NCBI RefSeq assembly: GCF_000002075.1
Contig: NW_004797452.1
Location: forward strand, 969,726 to 1,033,725
Direction: 5' to 3'
DNA: 64,000 nt
From: Aplysia californica
Lineage: Eukaryota
Shown: piece by piece, positions 12,951 to 39,376 of the stretch
Layout: each line of letters begins with the position of its first letter
How positions within the stretch are numbered: the first letter of the stretch is position 1
Made by a program: the position numbers and the translations under genes
The notes under the pieces: generated by a model
Told to the model about the DNA's origin: nothing
The model's database searches: none
What the model saw: the letters and a program-made list of their open reading frames with translations, nothing else

Positions 12951-13936
12951 GAAGAAGAAGAAGAAGAAGAAGAAGAAGAAGAAGAAGAAGAAGAAGAAGA
13001 AAAAGAAGAAGAAGAAGAAGAAGAAGAAGAAGAANNNNNNNNNNNNNNNNNNNNNNNNNNNNNNNNNNNNNNNNNNNNNNNNNNNNNNNNNNNNNNNNNN
13101 NNNNNNNNNNNNNNNNNNNNNNNNNNNNNNNNNNNNNNNNNNNNNNNNNNNNNNNNNNNNNNNNNNNNNNNNNNNNNNNNNNNNNNNNNNNNNNNNNNNN
13201 NNNNNNNNNNNNNNNNNNNNNNNNNNNNNNNNNNNNNNNNNNNNNNNNNNNNNNNNNNNNNNNNNNNNNNNNNNNNNNNNNNNNNNNNNNNNNNNNNNNN
13301 NNNNNNNNNNNNNNNNNNNNNNNNNNNNNNNNNNNNNNNNNNNNNNNNNNNNNNNNNNNNNNNNNNNNNNNNNNNNNNNNNNNNNNNNNNNNNNNNNNNN
13401 NNNNNNNNNNNNNNNNNNNNNNNNNNNNNNNNNNNNNNNNNNNNNNNNNNNNNNNNNNNNNNNNNNNNNNNNNNNNNNNNNNNNNNNNNNNNNNNNNNNN
13501 NNNNNNNNNNNNNNNNNNNNNNNNNNNNNNNNNNNNNNNNNNNNNNNNNNNNNNNNNNNNNNNNNNNNNNNNNNNNNNNNNNNNNNNNNNNNNNNNNNNN
13601 NNNNNNNNNNNNNNNNNNNNNNNNNNNNNNNNNNNNNNNNNNNNNNNNNNNNNNNNNNNNNNNNNNNNNNNNNNNNNNNNNNNNNNNNNNNNNNNNNNNN
13701 NNNNNNNNNNNNNNNNNNNNNNNNNNNNNNNNNNNNNNNNNNNNNNNNNNNNNNNNNNNNNNNNNNNNNNNNNNNNNNNNNNNNNNNNNNNNNNNNNNNN
13801 NNNNNNNNNNNNNNNNNNNNNNNNNNNNNNNNNNNNNNNNNNNNNNNNNNNNNNNNNNNNNNNNNNNNNNNNNNNNNNNNNNNNNCTCTCTCTCTCTCTC
13901 TCGCTCTCGCTCTCTCTCTCTCTCGCTCTCTCTCTC
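12951..13936. repeat. (GAA)n and (CT)n microsatellites flanking an assembly gap
   Basis: Direct reading. Confidence 0.95.
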
Positions 13937-15099
13937 TGCGGTTTCTCACCAAACACCCACATATACGCGGGTGCGCTTCCTAATCTTTTTCTTTCACCTA
14001 CTCCAGTTCCTTACCCACTGGTTGATTTGGCAAAAATTTGTTCAGTTCAGGAGTGGTACCGTTCGTCCATAGAGCACGATCGTGCAGTGCCGCCCAATTT
14101 TAAAAAAAAAAAAGTACTATGCCCTTGACTATCTTCAGCCTCCGATTACGATAGTTTAATTGTGCACGCCCACTTTTTAGCCCTACGAGCCGCCCCTTGT
14201 TCAGTCAGATAACGTTTTGAGCCTTCCATTTAGTAGGCGGTTGGCATTCTGATTGATCAGCATCACCAATATCAACAATTTTTTAATCACCCTCACCACG
14301 TTCATAAATTCTCCATGCATGTAGGCTTATAATAATTTGTCTATAATGTTATGTCACTTGGATTTGAAAGAAATGACAACATTCAAACAAAACAATTAAA
14401 GACCAACTGACGACAAAAAGAGTTTAAATGAACGCTTTTCGACCATCAATCAATTATCAACAGATGCCCCCCCCCCTAATCTTTTTCTATATAATAAGAG
14501 GAGGGGGGGGGGGGTATATTTAATTGTTTTATTTTACAAAGGCTTCAAAGAAATTTTTTAATTGTCTGAGATCGGGCTGAAGGGACACTTATTCATAATT
14601 TTACCTGTTGCATTTAATTATGGGAAGCCGAGATGCTATTGCAGTCCGATGAAGAAGAAATTATATGGGGCTAGTTCTATATGAGAAGTCTTTATTGCTT
14701 CATTAATAATATATTTTTTTTAGTCTTCGTACTCAAGGTGAAATACCATGCAAGCTGTTGGTGTCATAATCCTTTTTTCCCCTTTTCTTTTTTACTGATC
14801 AGGGATTTCATTGTTATTTCCAAGCATGACGAGACCACTCGATGCGACTCTTGTAGAAATGTAGGAAGGCCTGCACGAGTCTCATTTGTTATTCAGAAAC
14901 TAGAGTACCGTGGCCAAAGTTTGGTTTTCATCCAACTCCTCGTATTAAAATTGCACTAAATAAGATTCTCATGAGAATGGGTCAACAAACGGTCAGTGGC
15001 CGCACAATCCGACCCTCACCCTATTTGCATGCTCATCCTGTCAGTATAATAACAGAGACATAGCAATGTGGTCTCTGTAGTATAATAATAATAATAATG

Positions 15100-15132
<33 letters not shown>

Positions 15133-15539
15133 TTCTTTTTTTTTTTTTTTTACTGCTGGTGGAGTTTTTTTAAACCGCTGTGTCAGCGGTATTCTTCAGT
15201 AGGCCTATTGGGTGACTGTTGCCTTCAGTGTGAGTCCTACAGCCTTACAGTTACAGTGTAAATATTGAGTTATCAACAACTAGATCTAGAATATAGAACC
15301 AGCCAACTATAAAAAAAAATCTTCAACAGTCAACTTCAGGCCCGTCATAAATAAATGTGTATGTATGCATGCCGGCGCCACCAATGGATCAAGATTTCTT
15401 ATATTAATTTCCCCTCCAGGGACTTGTCAGGGAGTCGGCGTGCCAGGACTCAGGACAATGTGAATATATGATTAATTCTCAATCGAGACCACTCAAATCT
15501 ACAGTCTCTTGGAAAACGACTGACAATTCATTGTGTCAC

Positions 15540-15740
15540 GCTACCCGCAACTGTTGTCTACTACTAGCCTACTGTTGTTCGAGTTTTATGTTTATAATGT
15601 GAAGTGTGTTGTAGCCCAGTTCACCTGAGAATTTGACCCTAACAGAACAGCTGATAACACGGGGGGAGGGGCCTGAGGCAGTTTTATAGTGTCATCATAT
15701 GCCATGAACTTTGCCATTGCTCGTTTTGTGTCCTGCTGTG
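15540..15740 (+). promoter_or_regulatory. Candidate non-coding first exon / TSS region of PIP
   Basis: An acceptor precedes the PIP ATG, so an upstream exon is needed. Donor-like gtaggt at 15741. The + strand looks T/G-rich from about here to about 33 kb. Boundaries are approximate. Confidence 0.35.
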
Positions 15741-16289
15741 GTAGGTGTATTATTACTATTTTATTCCTTCGATAATAAACAATTTGATAAAATACCTAGA
15801 ATTTAGTAGAATCTAGATCTTGATTTAGATTTAGTAGACATAGATATCTAGATCTATATGGCATAATGATAATGGCCTGGAGTGTTAGTCTGATACTGTT
15901 AGAATGTTGCCAAGTTTGACAAAAACTACACACTACAACAACAGCAAGAAACTACTGTACTGTAGTGCTACTTCTTAATTCTTGCCAGTGCCAATTTATA
16001 TTAATTTTTCAAATCTAGATGTGTGTGGAGGCCGATGAGGGGATATATATGTGTGTTTTTGTGTGTGTTGGTGTGAAAGACAAAATTTCTTAAAATGTAT
16101 TCAGAACAACTAAGTAAATACCTTTATATTATCAACCAATCTTTGCAAACAATTATTATTTATTTGAAGGAAGAGGCTAGCCATAACTTATTGACGGCTA
16201 TTAGACAGCTGGGGTAGCCGTAAGTTTATGTGATGGCTGGACTGACAAACTGCAAAAAATTGACCTACTGAATTGTAAAAAAATTTTCA

Positions 16290-17165
16290 GGCTGCAATAC
16301 CTAAAGTATTTCTATTTGAGACGAAACTAAAAGGTGCCTTACTGACAGTGCATGTATTTTAAACCTTCCTGAATAATTACTAATGAAATGAGACCTGTGT
16401 ACTCGACCGGTTTCTTATTGGGTCTAAAATAAGTACGGCTAGACTGGAAGGCTAGCCGTACTTAATAATGAAAGCTGTGTATTGTAAATACTTAAATGTG
16501 AAGTCAGTCTTGTTATTATATATGGATATGAGATGTGGAACGCATCTGAGATGTGCATAGCGGATCCAGGTTTTCTTTAAAACAAGTATCTGAGGAAGCT
16601 GCTGAGGATCAGATGGACAAACAGGATCACTAACGAGGAAGTATTTAAGAAGAACGAGACAGAGCCCAGTCAGAGATGATGTGGGAAGAAGGCATTGGCG
16701 ATGAATTGGACATGCTTTCAGGAAGTCGAGCAGCTGCATAACAAGGATCGAAAGTGATAGATTGGAACCCACAGGGTAAAAGATCAAGGGGAATACCACG
16801 TGGAACCTGGAGAAGAGTCACAGAAATGAATGTACAGAAAAGGGGGAAGACATGGAGTGACATCAAACGACTAGCCCAGGACAGGGAAAGGGGGAAAGTG
16901 TTTGTTCGTGGCCTATATCCTGACCCTGGGTGAGAAAGGCAACGATGATGATGAATTGTAAATAAAATTTTAGTTTGCAATAACCTAAAGTATTTGTATT
17001 TCAGTTGAAACCAAAAGGTGCCTTACTGACATCATGTATGTTTTTTAAACCTGAATAATTACTAGATTCTAGATGTAATGAGACCTGTGTACTCAACAGG
17101 TTTTTTGTCAATAGGGCCAAACCTAGATCTAAGTAGGGCAAGACTGGCAGGCTAGCAGTACGCCT
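16290..17165 (+). repeat. Diverged ~180-bp direct duplication (16290-16465 and 16973-17165) separated by an RTE fragment
   Basis: cctaaagtattt...aaaggtgccttactgaca...atgagacctgtgtactc...agactgg.aggctagc.gtac present in both. Confidence 0.8.
16570..16955 (+). mobile_element. RTE-clade LINE 3' fragment; same family at 54795-55010(+)
   Basis: LRKLLRIRWTNRITNEEV...IGH...WNPQGKRSRG.PRGTWRR; (gat)n tail. Confidence 0.8.
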
Positions 17166-19424
17166 AACCACTTCGTTAATTAAATATGATCCTAAGCATG
17201 TTACTATGAGTCTGTTTGTGGTTGAAACCATTAGGCCTACTATTGTGTTATCTATTATTATGGTTGTGTGCGCAAATAGTGTGTGGAGGAGAGGATGCGT
17301 GAGATAGTGTGTGTGGAAATGTATGCATGCATTTGTATGTGCATGTGTATGTTATTCAACACCAAACCAATGTGCCAGAGTCTGGACAATAAAGATTTAT
17401 ATAATCTTATCTCTAATTTTTGGAATAAAAACTGCCAAAGCATGATGTAATGTAGGCCCCCTATTGTAACTTTTGCTGGTGATATCTTAAATTATTTGTA
17501 CACCTTAAAAATGTGACATACTTCTGATATACATGAGAGGGTACTGGTAATGGAAGCATATCTGATAGAAGATAGATCACGACAAATGGAATGGATGCAT
17601 AGAACTAAGAAGAATAGATCAGGACAAATGTTAAGTCTGCAAAATATCTTGTGTCGCATTGAATTGTCATGAAATTGTAAAAAATGATGAATTCGAAGAA
17701 ACTGTCTGGTATCAGAGAAAAAAAAAAATGACTGCCTAAGTTTGGTGACTATCAAATCTTGAGAGTCTTTGGAAGCTGCAAATTTACATTTTTGTGCCTT
17801 TGATTAATGTTTATAAAAAATCCACAGGGAAATTTTTATGTTTTTTTAAATGGACATTATAGTTAAAAGTGTTGAGTCTTTTAAAAAATTGATAAAAATT
17901 GCTCAACACGGAGCAAAAATTGTTGGTTTCTTTATTTTCATTATTTTGATGAGTGTCTGATTTCACCATATGATCACACAATTTATGGAAACATAATGTG
18001 TGTAGGTTTCATGTTTCACTATTCTGAGAGGTTGAATTATGGTGACTGAAAATCAGAGCAAAAAAATATACCCCCAAAATAAATATATATTATAGGCCTA
18101 TTGAAAAAAGGATGGCCTTTTTGTAAAGAATACTTTTTTTGAAAAAAAAGGAAATTCCCTTTTTATGCTCCTGTAGTAACAAGCGGAGGATTGCAGCTTG
18201 CCAGCAGGCCATCTTGTGTGTTCAAGACAACCTGCACTTGTGCCCCTTTTGTGCTCTTCTCAAGAAGACACTACACACCCGGTGTTTCTTTCAAAAGGGT
18301 CAGTGCCTGGACCAAGTTCTCTCACCATTTCAACAAAAGTCCTTGTCACACCTTACTTCAGTGCAGGTATTTTAAAAAATATTAAAAAACCCACTTAAGT
18401 ATATTCTTAGAGTTTTGTTTGAGTACTCTGGTCTTCTTTAAAATTGCTATGTCAGCATCTTTTCTTCGTTCATCTGATTCTGATGCAGTGGTGCTTGACT
18501 CTATAAATGCTCAACGCTGCAAACCGTGTCATTGAAGTCATGGATGAGATGAAATGGGAGTGCATATAGTTTTCCTTTGTGGAGAGTTAATTTTTTATTT
18601 CTTCAACTTCTGCTACACTACCAAAAAGCGTCTAGAAATACAAATTCAGATTATGTCACATCCTTATTGGTAATGACGCTGTGTGTGGCTCATTTCATGT
18701 GGGATTATACCTAGAGCTGTATACTGTTCAGATAGTTATGTGTACTGCTACTAATTTTTTTTTGTCTTCTCTGCTGAACTTTGCATTTGTAATTTTTTTT
18801 TTATTGTTGTAGATAAAGCCATTAGTTAGACATTAGTTAGATGGAATTTGTAATGTCTTTAATTTAAAATGCTGTATAGAAGAGATTGAATTTGACATTT
18901 GATTTTTGATTGTTTATAAAGAAAAAAATTTTGGCTTCTTTATGATTGCATAAAATCAGTAAAGATGTAAGTATATCTCATTAAAATACACTAATTTGAA
19001 AATTCCTTAATTTGGTGACAGTTTGGTGTATGATACAGAACTTACTTGATCTAAATATGTTTCTTGTGTAACATCCTATTCAGATTTTCCTCAAGGGAAA
19101 TTCTTGAAGTCCTAACTAATTCTGATTTTAACCCCAAGCACTTAAAAGAGTTAGCATTGCAGCTCATATTTCTGAAATTGATCTACAGCCAGAGTGCATA
19201 CGGCTGGACACCTGTGACATGGCTGAATAAGGAACCTGATATTTTATAAAGGGCCATAATTCTTGCACGAGTTACTTTAATGCCATTGTATATTTTCCAC
19301 TAAACTGCTGTGAGTAAATTTTTGTAATATTTTGTACTCTCTGGTTTTACATTGTTTCAATTGTACTTCCTCAGATCAGTCCTTTAGCTTTTTATTTTAT
19401 TTGCTCAGATTGTTTACTTCGACC

Positions 19425-32048
<12,624 letters not shown>

Positions 32049-33868
32049 ATGTGCCGAGAAGAACAAATGTTGTGACGTGTTGATTTACTGTGAATCAACC
32101 ATTTGATGCACTCAATTTTGTTGAAGTTTATGTTTGATGGGTTTTGTTACATTGAGAGTAATCTGCAGCAGACTTATGTTTAATGTATTTGTTGAGCCCT
32201 GAATTTAAAAAAAAAGTATAGTTTTTTATTTTTAATGGTTAACAATATTTGAAGGTCAAGAGTGCTCAAGACTGACTTGCCTGGCCTAAGTAAAAAATAG
32301 CCAAAGATGAAAAAAATTAGGTAAAAAGTAATACATGATGGGCTGACTAGAGTAAAAAATGCATTCGAAGAAAAGACAGGGTGAAATTAGTTTTTATTGG
32401 GATGGATTTTGTAATTGGTAATCAATACTTGTTAGCTTAAACTTGAAAGCAATCAGTTTTACTTGTTTGGAAGTAAATGACAATGGGATAATGTTTGCTC
32501 AACAGGGCCATTAATTAAACTTTATGTTACCATTATTCATTCTATGAAAAAAGCTGTGGAAGCTCTTCATTGTACTTGGGATGTAATTCTGAAATATAAC
32601 GTGCAGTCTTTTACAATTTGATCTTTATGGTCACATTTCTGACCCAAATTGATATCTTTTAATAAGTACCATTTCTATGCCTTGTATGCTTCCCTTCCAT
32701 AGTGTTCTCATTCATTTCTTTAAAAAAAAATTCTATGTATTTTTCTCTCTATAGAACAATTATTTTTATGAAACAGATTTACATTTTGTTTTTCTATTTG
32801 TATCCTGAAGAAGAGTGAATGAATAAAGAATACAAAAGTGAATGAATGAATAGAAGTGTTTACTGTTTTTCCTTCATTCCTTTGTTACACTATGATGATA
32901 TTTTTCTCTTGACTTTTGTATTTCCTTGCTCTGAATGGTATAAGTGTTTGATTTTTAGAGTGTGCTCTCATGCTGATGAGAAAATTGAACCTTGTTTAAA
33001 AAATTTTACTCGTACATTGTGAATTTGTTCTACATGTAATATGTTCCTCGGTTTTGAGGAAAGAGCTGTGATCAATTTCTTTCTTTGCTACATGTACTAG
33101 ACAAATTCAAGGTAATATTAAAAATTGTTAACAGTAATGGTAAAGTATGCCAGCCATATGCAAGAAAAATATTATGCTATATTTTATTACTTGGCCCTTT
33201 GAAATGTATAGCTTAGCGTGCCACTAATTGTCATACATTTGCCTCGTATATATATAAAAAGCCATAAATCCATGACTAGAGTGCTCAGCTCCCCTTTCAA
33301 GAGACTTGTTTTAAAACCAAGAGTTATGACAATGTACAGGACAGCTGGTGAATGGAGCCTCATCTGCTAATCACTCATGAGGCTCTCTTCTTTGCTCACT
33401 TCTGCCTTAAGTTAACTCCCTTTTGGAGCAGAGGTCACAAACAAGCACTTTCCAATTTTTATTTATTTTTAAAAATATTTTTTTGAAAATGAATGTTTTT
33501 ATGCCCCTGTCAGCACAATTTAGATCATTAAGAAGTCAGGCTGTCAGGGCCAACCCGAGCTGAAAAGGATACAACATCATAACAGGAACACTGAGAAACT
33601 CGATAAAAATTCTCCCCTCTTGGGAATCGAACTTGGGTCTTCTGCATGTGACAGGGAAGTGCCTAACCATCCAGTCATCTCTGTTCTAGGCCAGTCTCCA
33701 GTCTCCAAATATCTGCAGGCTGCAGGATAGTCCAATTTTCCTTGCCTCGACGCAGGTTTTCTTTGGCTTTCCTCTTTTCCTTTCCTTGTTGTGTGGTATT
33801 TTTCACAGGCCCGCATTGAGTGTGGCCAATCCATGTGGCTAGTTATTCCACTTCATCGTCAGTTGATA

Positions 33869-33905
<37 letters not shown>

Positions 33906-35959
33906 GTCTGTCTGTCTGTCTGTCTCATTGCATACATTTTTCCTCTTTGGGTCATAGTTTTATATAATGTTATATAACTTTATATATATATGAAAATACT
34001 TTGTGCTCCTTCTTTGGGTCATACTTTTTACATAGGAAAATTTTTTAAACATTTGCTTCAATTATTATTTCATTGCAATAGTAAATTATAGGCTTTGGGT
34101 ATTGCTCAACAAAATCAGATTAGTTATAAAAGAAAAACTAATCGAAAACAAAAAAATACCCACTTCCCCCAAAGAACCCCCCCCAAAAAAAACAACAACA
34201 ACCAACCAACAAATAACCGAGCAACCCACATATTGACCCCCCCAAAAAATGAAAATGCAAGAACAAGCACATATTGTGCATGCAATTTGAAATAGAGTCA
34301 TGAAACCTCAAACTCAATCCGGCTGTAGATGCTGCTCCCTTATCCATAAACAGCAAACAACACTTAACAGAGGAATCCTGAAGCCTCCATTTTTTTCTGC
34401 AGAGCCCACTGCCGTAGACATAGCATTGTACTCAGCTGTAAACTGTCTAAAATCAGCATCTTCTAATTCTGACGAAATCCTTGTCTTGCCTCACTTCACT
34501 CACCAATTTCCCACTCTTAATAAACCCTAAAATCGTCATTGTGAACCAGTGCGCACTGCTTGTGAAAGGAAGCCTCGCTTGTTTACAATGACGCCCTAGA
34601 AGACAAGACTTTCCCAAGATTAGGTCTAAACGAAACAAATGAAAAACTGAAAATTAAAACTACAGTACATGTAACATCAGACTCCTTAATATAACTGTGC
34701 AACCTTTTCAAATTCGAAAGTTAAGTGGTTCGGAAGTTTTAGGCGACCAAAGTGACGAACTTTCACAAATATAATAGGCCCTATATAGATACTGGGAGTG
34801 TAACAAAGATTCTCTTACTTTTGGTGTAACAACCAACCGCACAAGCTACACAAACGGTAGGAGGACTAAGTAAATCAATATTCTTCCATTATTTCAGAAT
34901 ATATCACTGTTTAAACAAGAGTTTAGCCCAGCAATACAGCCTTAAAAATTCTAGCACCTGTGGTAAAACACAGTTGTGTGTTGGTTACAACTAGGTACTA
35001 TAAGTGCAAAACCTAATAGATTATAACCGTACTGAGAGTGGAACGACGGACCGCACATTTAAGTTACTCAAAACAATACGAGGACAAAGAAATAAAAATG
35101 CTTCCAGCTTTCACAACATGTCTGGGTTTGGTTAGAATTTAGCCGGGCTAAGAAGCCTATAAAATGCTTGCAATTAATTGTGGAGAAAAAAACAACAACA
35201 ATAATATCGTTTTTGTTACGACTAAGCATGGACAAAAACTAATAGATTAAAACCAATACCGAGAGTGTAACGACCGCCAACACGAGATACTTAATTCACA
35301 CATCACCATGAGATGATCGGAACTGTTGCGAAAAAGCTGGAGAACAGGCCCTGATACGTCCTCGCAAACCTTGCGAAGTCAGACTTTGAATTCTTTTTCC
35401 CGGTCAACAACAACAACCCCCCACAACAACAACAACAACAAAACAAACAAACAACAAGACTTCTCGTCTACTTGTAAAATACAAAGTAAGAAGGCACGGA
35501 TTATTGTGAGGCTCGTCACAGATACATGATATGGATTATTGTGAGCTTAGGCGCACATGCAAGTCACACAGTAAGTCAACGCATATTTTGACTCCGACGT
35601 CTGTGGTGTAATGGATAGTCCGTGTATTAAAAGACCCATGTTCGATTCCCGCCAGGTGAAAATTTTTATCGAGTCTCCAGGTCTTTGTCCCTTTCAGCAC
35701 AGGTTGGCCCGCCTCCTTAATTATCTAAATTTTGTCAATGGACCGCTAAAAAAACAACTAAATATAAAAAATCATTTGATTTATCCTAGACAAAGCGATG
35801 TCATTTTGTCTATTTGTCTACAAGGTTTGGATCATCACAGACGGTACATGTCCATAGCTGCTCCCCGCTTTTCTGAGGATCAACGTAAAAATCACCCTAA
35901 TAGTTCTACCAGGTGTCTAAAAAGAGAGGACCTACTTAAACGGCAATAACTCGATTATC

Positions 35960-36840
35960 TTTGAACCAAATTTAATAAATCTTCACAGAAATAAAATTCA
36001 GCCATGAGGACGTTACATTTGTTAATATAAAAAGATTCAATTTTTTGTAAGAAAAACTATCCAATTTTTTAAATTACAACCGAAATGGACTGAAATGCAA
36101 AACTTTGCAACCTCCTAAAAATGAACCATATTGATCTATTTCAAATAGATCTAATCACTATTTGTGCATTGAAAAACAAATCAATACAAAATTGATATTG
36201 CTTAATAAATTCAAGGAAGGTGTTCGCTATTTAAATCTCCCGGTGTAGACCATTTCTTCCCATACAAGCTCCTTTACTCCTTTACGTCACTTCAAATTTT
36301 GAATAACCCCGAGGCATGTTCTGGGTCCATTCTTTGGACGTTCTATTCAACATTGAGTTTCAACGGTTCAATTGTTTGTGGGTTGTTTCCCCTGACTATA
36401 TCTGCCTAAACCCCCAAATGTAATAATTGAAGGGGCTCAAGTTCAGGGAATGTTGTAACTATTCATTTGTACATTTTCGGCTTATAAAGCGTTCCCCAAA
36501 CCTTTCTTGTAACATTATTAATATCAGGGCCACTTTTAATGTGTGGGTTGTGGCCCTACTCCACTGGAGCTAGGCATGTGCAGCATACCACATTCTCCCC
36601 AAACTTACCCAAAAGGTTCTCGGCACGTTTAGATAAATATTTGAGGTGACTGTTGTGGCCTTACCGTCATTGTCCCCAAACCAGGACGGACCGATCACGC
36701 TTAGATCTATAAGAAGTAAAATTTTGAGTTTTACCCATTTTTGGTTGAAATCTGTAAAAACTTGATATTTCTCGATCACTTTTATTAATTTTCTTCATAT
36801 TACAAACTTGACGTCCTCATGATTGAATTTTATTTGTTAT
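35960..36840 (-). mobile_element. Degenerate Tc1/mariner-type DNA transposon relic with long inverted termini
   Basis: aaataaaattcagccatgaggacgt (35989) is inverted to acgtcctcatgattgaattttattt (36811). Minus-strand translation IGPSWFGDNDGKATTVTSNIYL resembles the mariner GPYFF...TVxxxxY motif. Confidence 0.6.
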
Positions 36841-36866
36841 ATTTTTTGTTGTTGACATTAGTGTAA

Positions 36867-37394
36867 GGGGGCTCTCGTGGCCTAGAGGTTAAGGTGTTGG
36901 CCTCTCAATCCAAGGTCCGGGGTTCGAATCCGGGGAGAGACCAAAAACATTTCTTCTCTAAAATTGTCTCCTTTCACCTCCTTTCCTGCTCTCTTGCAAT
37001 GTTCTGTTGTCTGCTTTCGTTTCCACTTTCTGCCCCCACCCCCTCACCCCCTGCCCCCTCCTCTGGGCTCCTGACTCTTTCTGCAGCCTTTCTACTGCTA
37101 CTCCTTGGCTCCTCCTTACTGCTGTCTTTCTGCCACACCCCTGGTCTTCTGGCAGGAAAGATCTACACCTATCCTTCTCGGACAAGGGTGAAAAATCTCG
37201 GAGGGCCCGTGTGCAAGTTGCGCACGTTAAAGATCCCTTGGTGATCTAAAATCGATAAGAGTAGGCTTCGGCCGCCACCCGGGCAAAATTCAAAATTTCC
37301 TACCAACTGAAAATATTAGGTGTGTCCCGCGCGCTCATATGACCGTATGCAGTTGCGAGCGCCGTAAAACACTTTACAAAACAAACAGAACAGA
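36867..37394 (+). mobile_element. Full-length tRNA-derived SINE with Nin/Deu-type central domain and LINE-derived tail
   Basis: A-box TGGCCTAGAGG, B-box GGTTCGAATCC and CCA; core GCACGTTAAAGATCCC; tail GCGCTCATATGACCGTATGCAGTTGCGAGCGCCGTAAAAC; 11-bp TSD-like acattagtgta (36855) / acataagtgta (37395). Confidence 0.85.
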
Positions 37395-39376
37395 ACATAA
37401 GTGTAGAGACGACCGAGTTGTTACCCTTTAAGAGGGTCCTCTTTTTTAAAAATTTTTAGAAACCCTGTACTTTGGCAGGTACTTCTTCTTCCTATTCATC
37501 CTTAAGTGCTCAGACACAGTGGCCGCAGCTGCAGCGATGCACTTTAAAGTTACTGTGACGTGGAAAATCGTGTCGATGTTGACATGGTATAGCAGAACGA
37601 TTTTGTTACATTTTACTCCCTTCTTTGTTTAGCTTTATCTACAAACTACAAATCGCTGTCCGTGATGTCGTGTCGTCCGTCCTTAACGTGGTCTTACCCT
37701 TAAGGAAAGTATGTCAACTTTTAAATGCTCTCGGTGCATGCTGTAAATCCCCGTGTCGGAACCTTAGTTTACAGTGACTTTTAGGAATGGGCTTGTAGAT
37801 TCTGTTGGTCAACCAAACTTTAGACCCGTATGCAACAATCTGAGAAAATTAAACTGAGCGATTTCATCTTGTTTTATTCACGGTCAGACGAAAATGAACG
37901 AGCTATAACACGCAATGACACTTGAAGTAGATTGAACCGAAATGCGTCCTAGATCTATAGCTTATTCACCTTTGTCTGTCCGAGTTGATAATTCTTGTTC
38001 ATTTACTAATTTGCCCCGACGCATAAAACTTTTTATGATACCCTTTTAGGTCAGCAATAAAACTTTTTTTTAAAATGTCAGTGTAGGTAATTTGAAAAAT
38101 AACTTTACTTAGGTTATATAATAAACGCCACCCTTTGGGTGCATACAGAGAATCATTGAAATAAATGATTTACACGAACAGAGCCTAAAATTTGCTTCTT
38201 TTGTGACAGCGACACCACATAGCCTGCCCTCAAGTTTCAGTGCAATCACATTGTTATTCTCCCCAAGACCATCTAGACATCACCACAATATGCGACTTGA
38301 AAGTATTCACCCGTCGGTTAGACCATGTCATTGTGTCTTAGGCATGCTATAAAGTTTGGTGTTTATGAAAATGGATTAACCTATTGATTTTTGGGTGAAT
38401 GTTGTGAATAACCTATAATTTATTTACCCGTTCTAGGTTAACATCACTGAAAACTTGTCGAAACCTTATTTTACGCTTGGCTTCAATAATGGGCTTCTAG
38501 ATTCTATTGGTAATTAAACTTTTTAGGCCCTCATACAAAAACCTAAAAAGAATAGACAGAGAGATTTGTTTTGTCCCATTTCAGCGTAGACAAAGGGATG
38601 TGAACAAGTTATACATAGATTGTTTCGTCAGTACAATCAGAAAAATCGAAACATTTTTTTCATTGTTAGCATTAAATAGTATATTTACACGCCTCACACG
38701 TCTACTATAATGTTGAAAAGGAGTACCCATTCTCAGCATTTATGATGATTCCATAATTCAACATGCTACAGACATTGCAATTTTTTAGATAAAGTGCACA
38801 CTAAACACTTAATTTTCGCCAGGCCGGAGATCTCAGTAATAAACCCAAGAACCTGTTCTTGACCCGATGTTGTACGAACAGTTAACATAGCTGTGCTTCA
38901 GCCCAATTCGGTCTTGTTGTGTGACAGACTTTGAATTTTAGATCCAACCATGTAATAGCTTCACAATTTTCAAACAAATACCATACCACGAAACAGATAT
39001 CAAGTAATTACTATCTTTTAATCCCCGTCTTTACGTACCACCATCCAGAAAGAGAGTTCGAATTATAAAGGAACCCGATGCCTTACGTACTGGCTCGTCC
39101 TCAATCGGCGATCCAACCAATGAACATACATTCTCAAAAGTAGGGAAAGAATAGTTTTGCTGTAATTTCAAAATTGAAATTCCTCAGAACAAACTCAAGA
39201 CTGGCTTTAATGTTTGGATTGGCTCGTGTATTATAGGAACATCAATACGTTATGCTTGGGGCACATTTCACTTACCAATACACCATAGGCTTTATGATAA
39301 TTGTATCCTTGTTGAAAAAAAAAGTTATTCAAACATAAATGCTATATTTATTTCAAATAGAAGTAATTAATTGCGT

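Noticed and set aside
3715-13962. Long ORFs in the track made of X, poly-Q, poly-E or poly-R (also at 43.5-44.2, 56.3-57.4 and 63.2-63.9 kb)
   Set aside because: Artefacts of N-gaps and flanking microsatellites
18139-18620. GC-elevated, coding-looking stretch on the minus strand (…ENLVQALTLLKETPGV…)
   Set aside because: Multiple stops and no recognisable motif; probably an old transposon relic, cannot be supported
36867-36945. tRNA-like cloverleaf with CTC anticodon and CCA
   Set aside because: T-stem and acceptor stem are mismatched, CCA is genomic, and it continues into a multi-copy SINE body; it is a SINE head, not a tRNA gene
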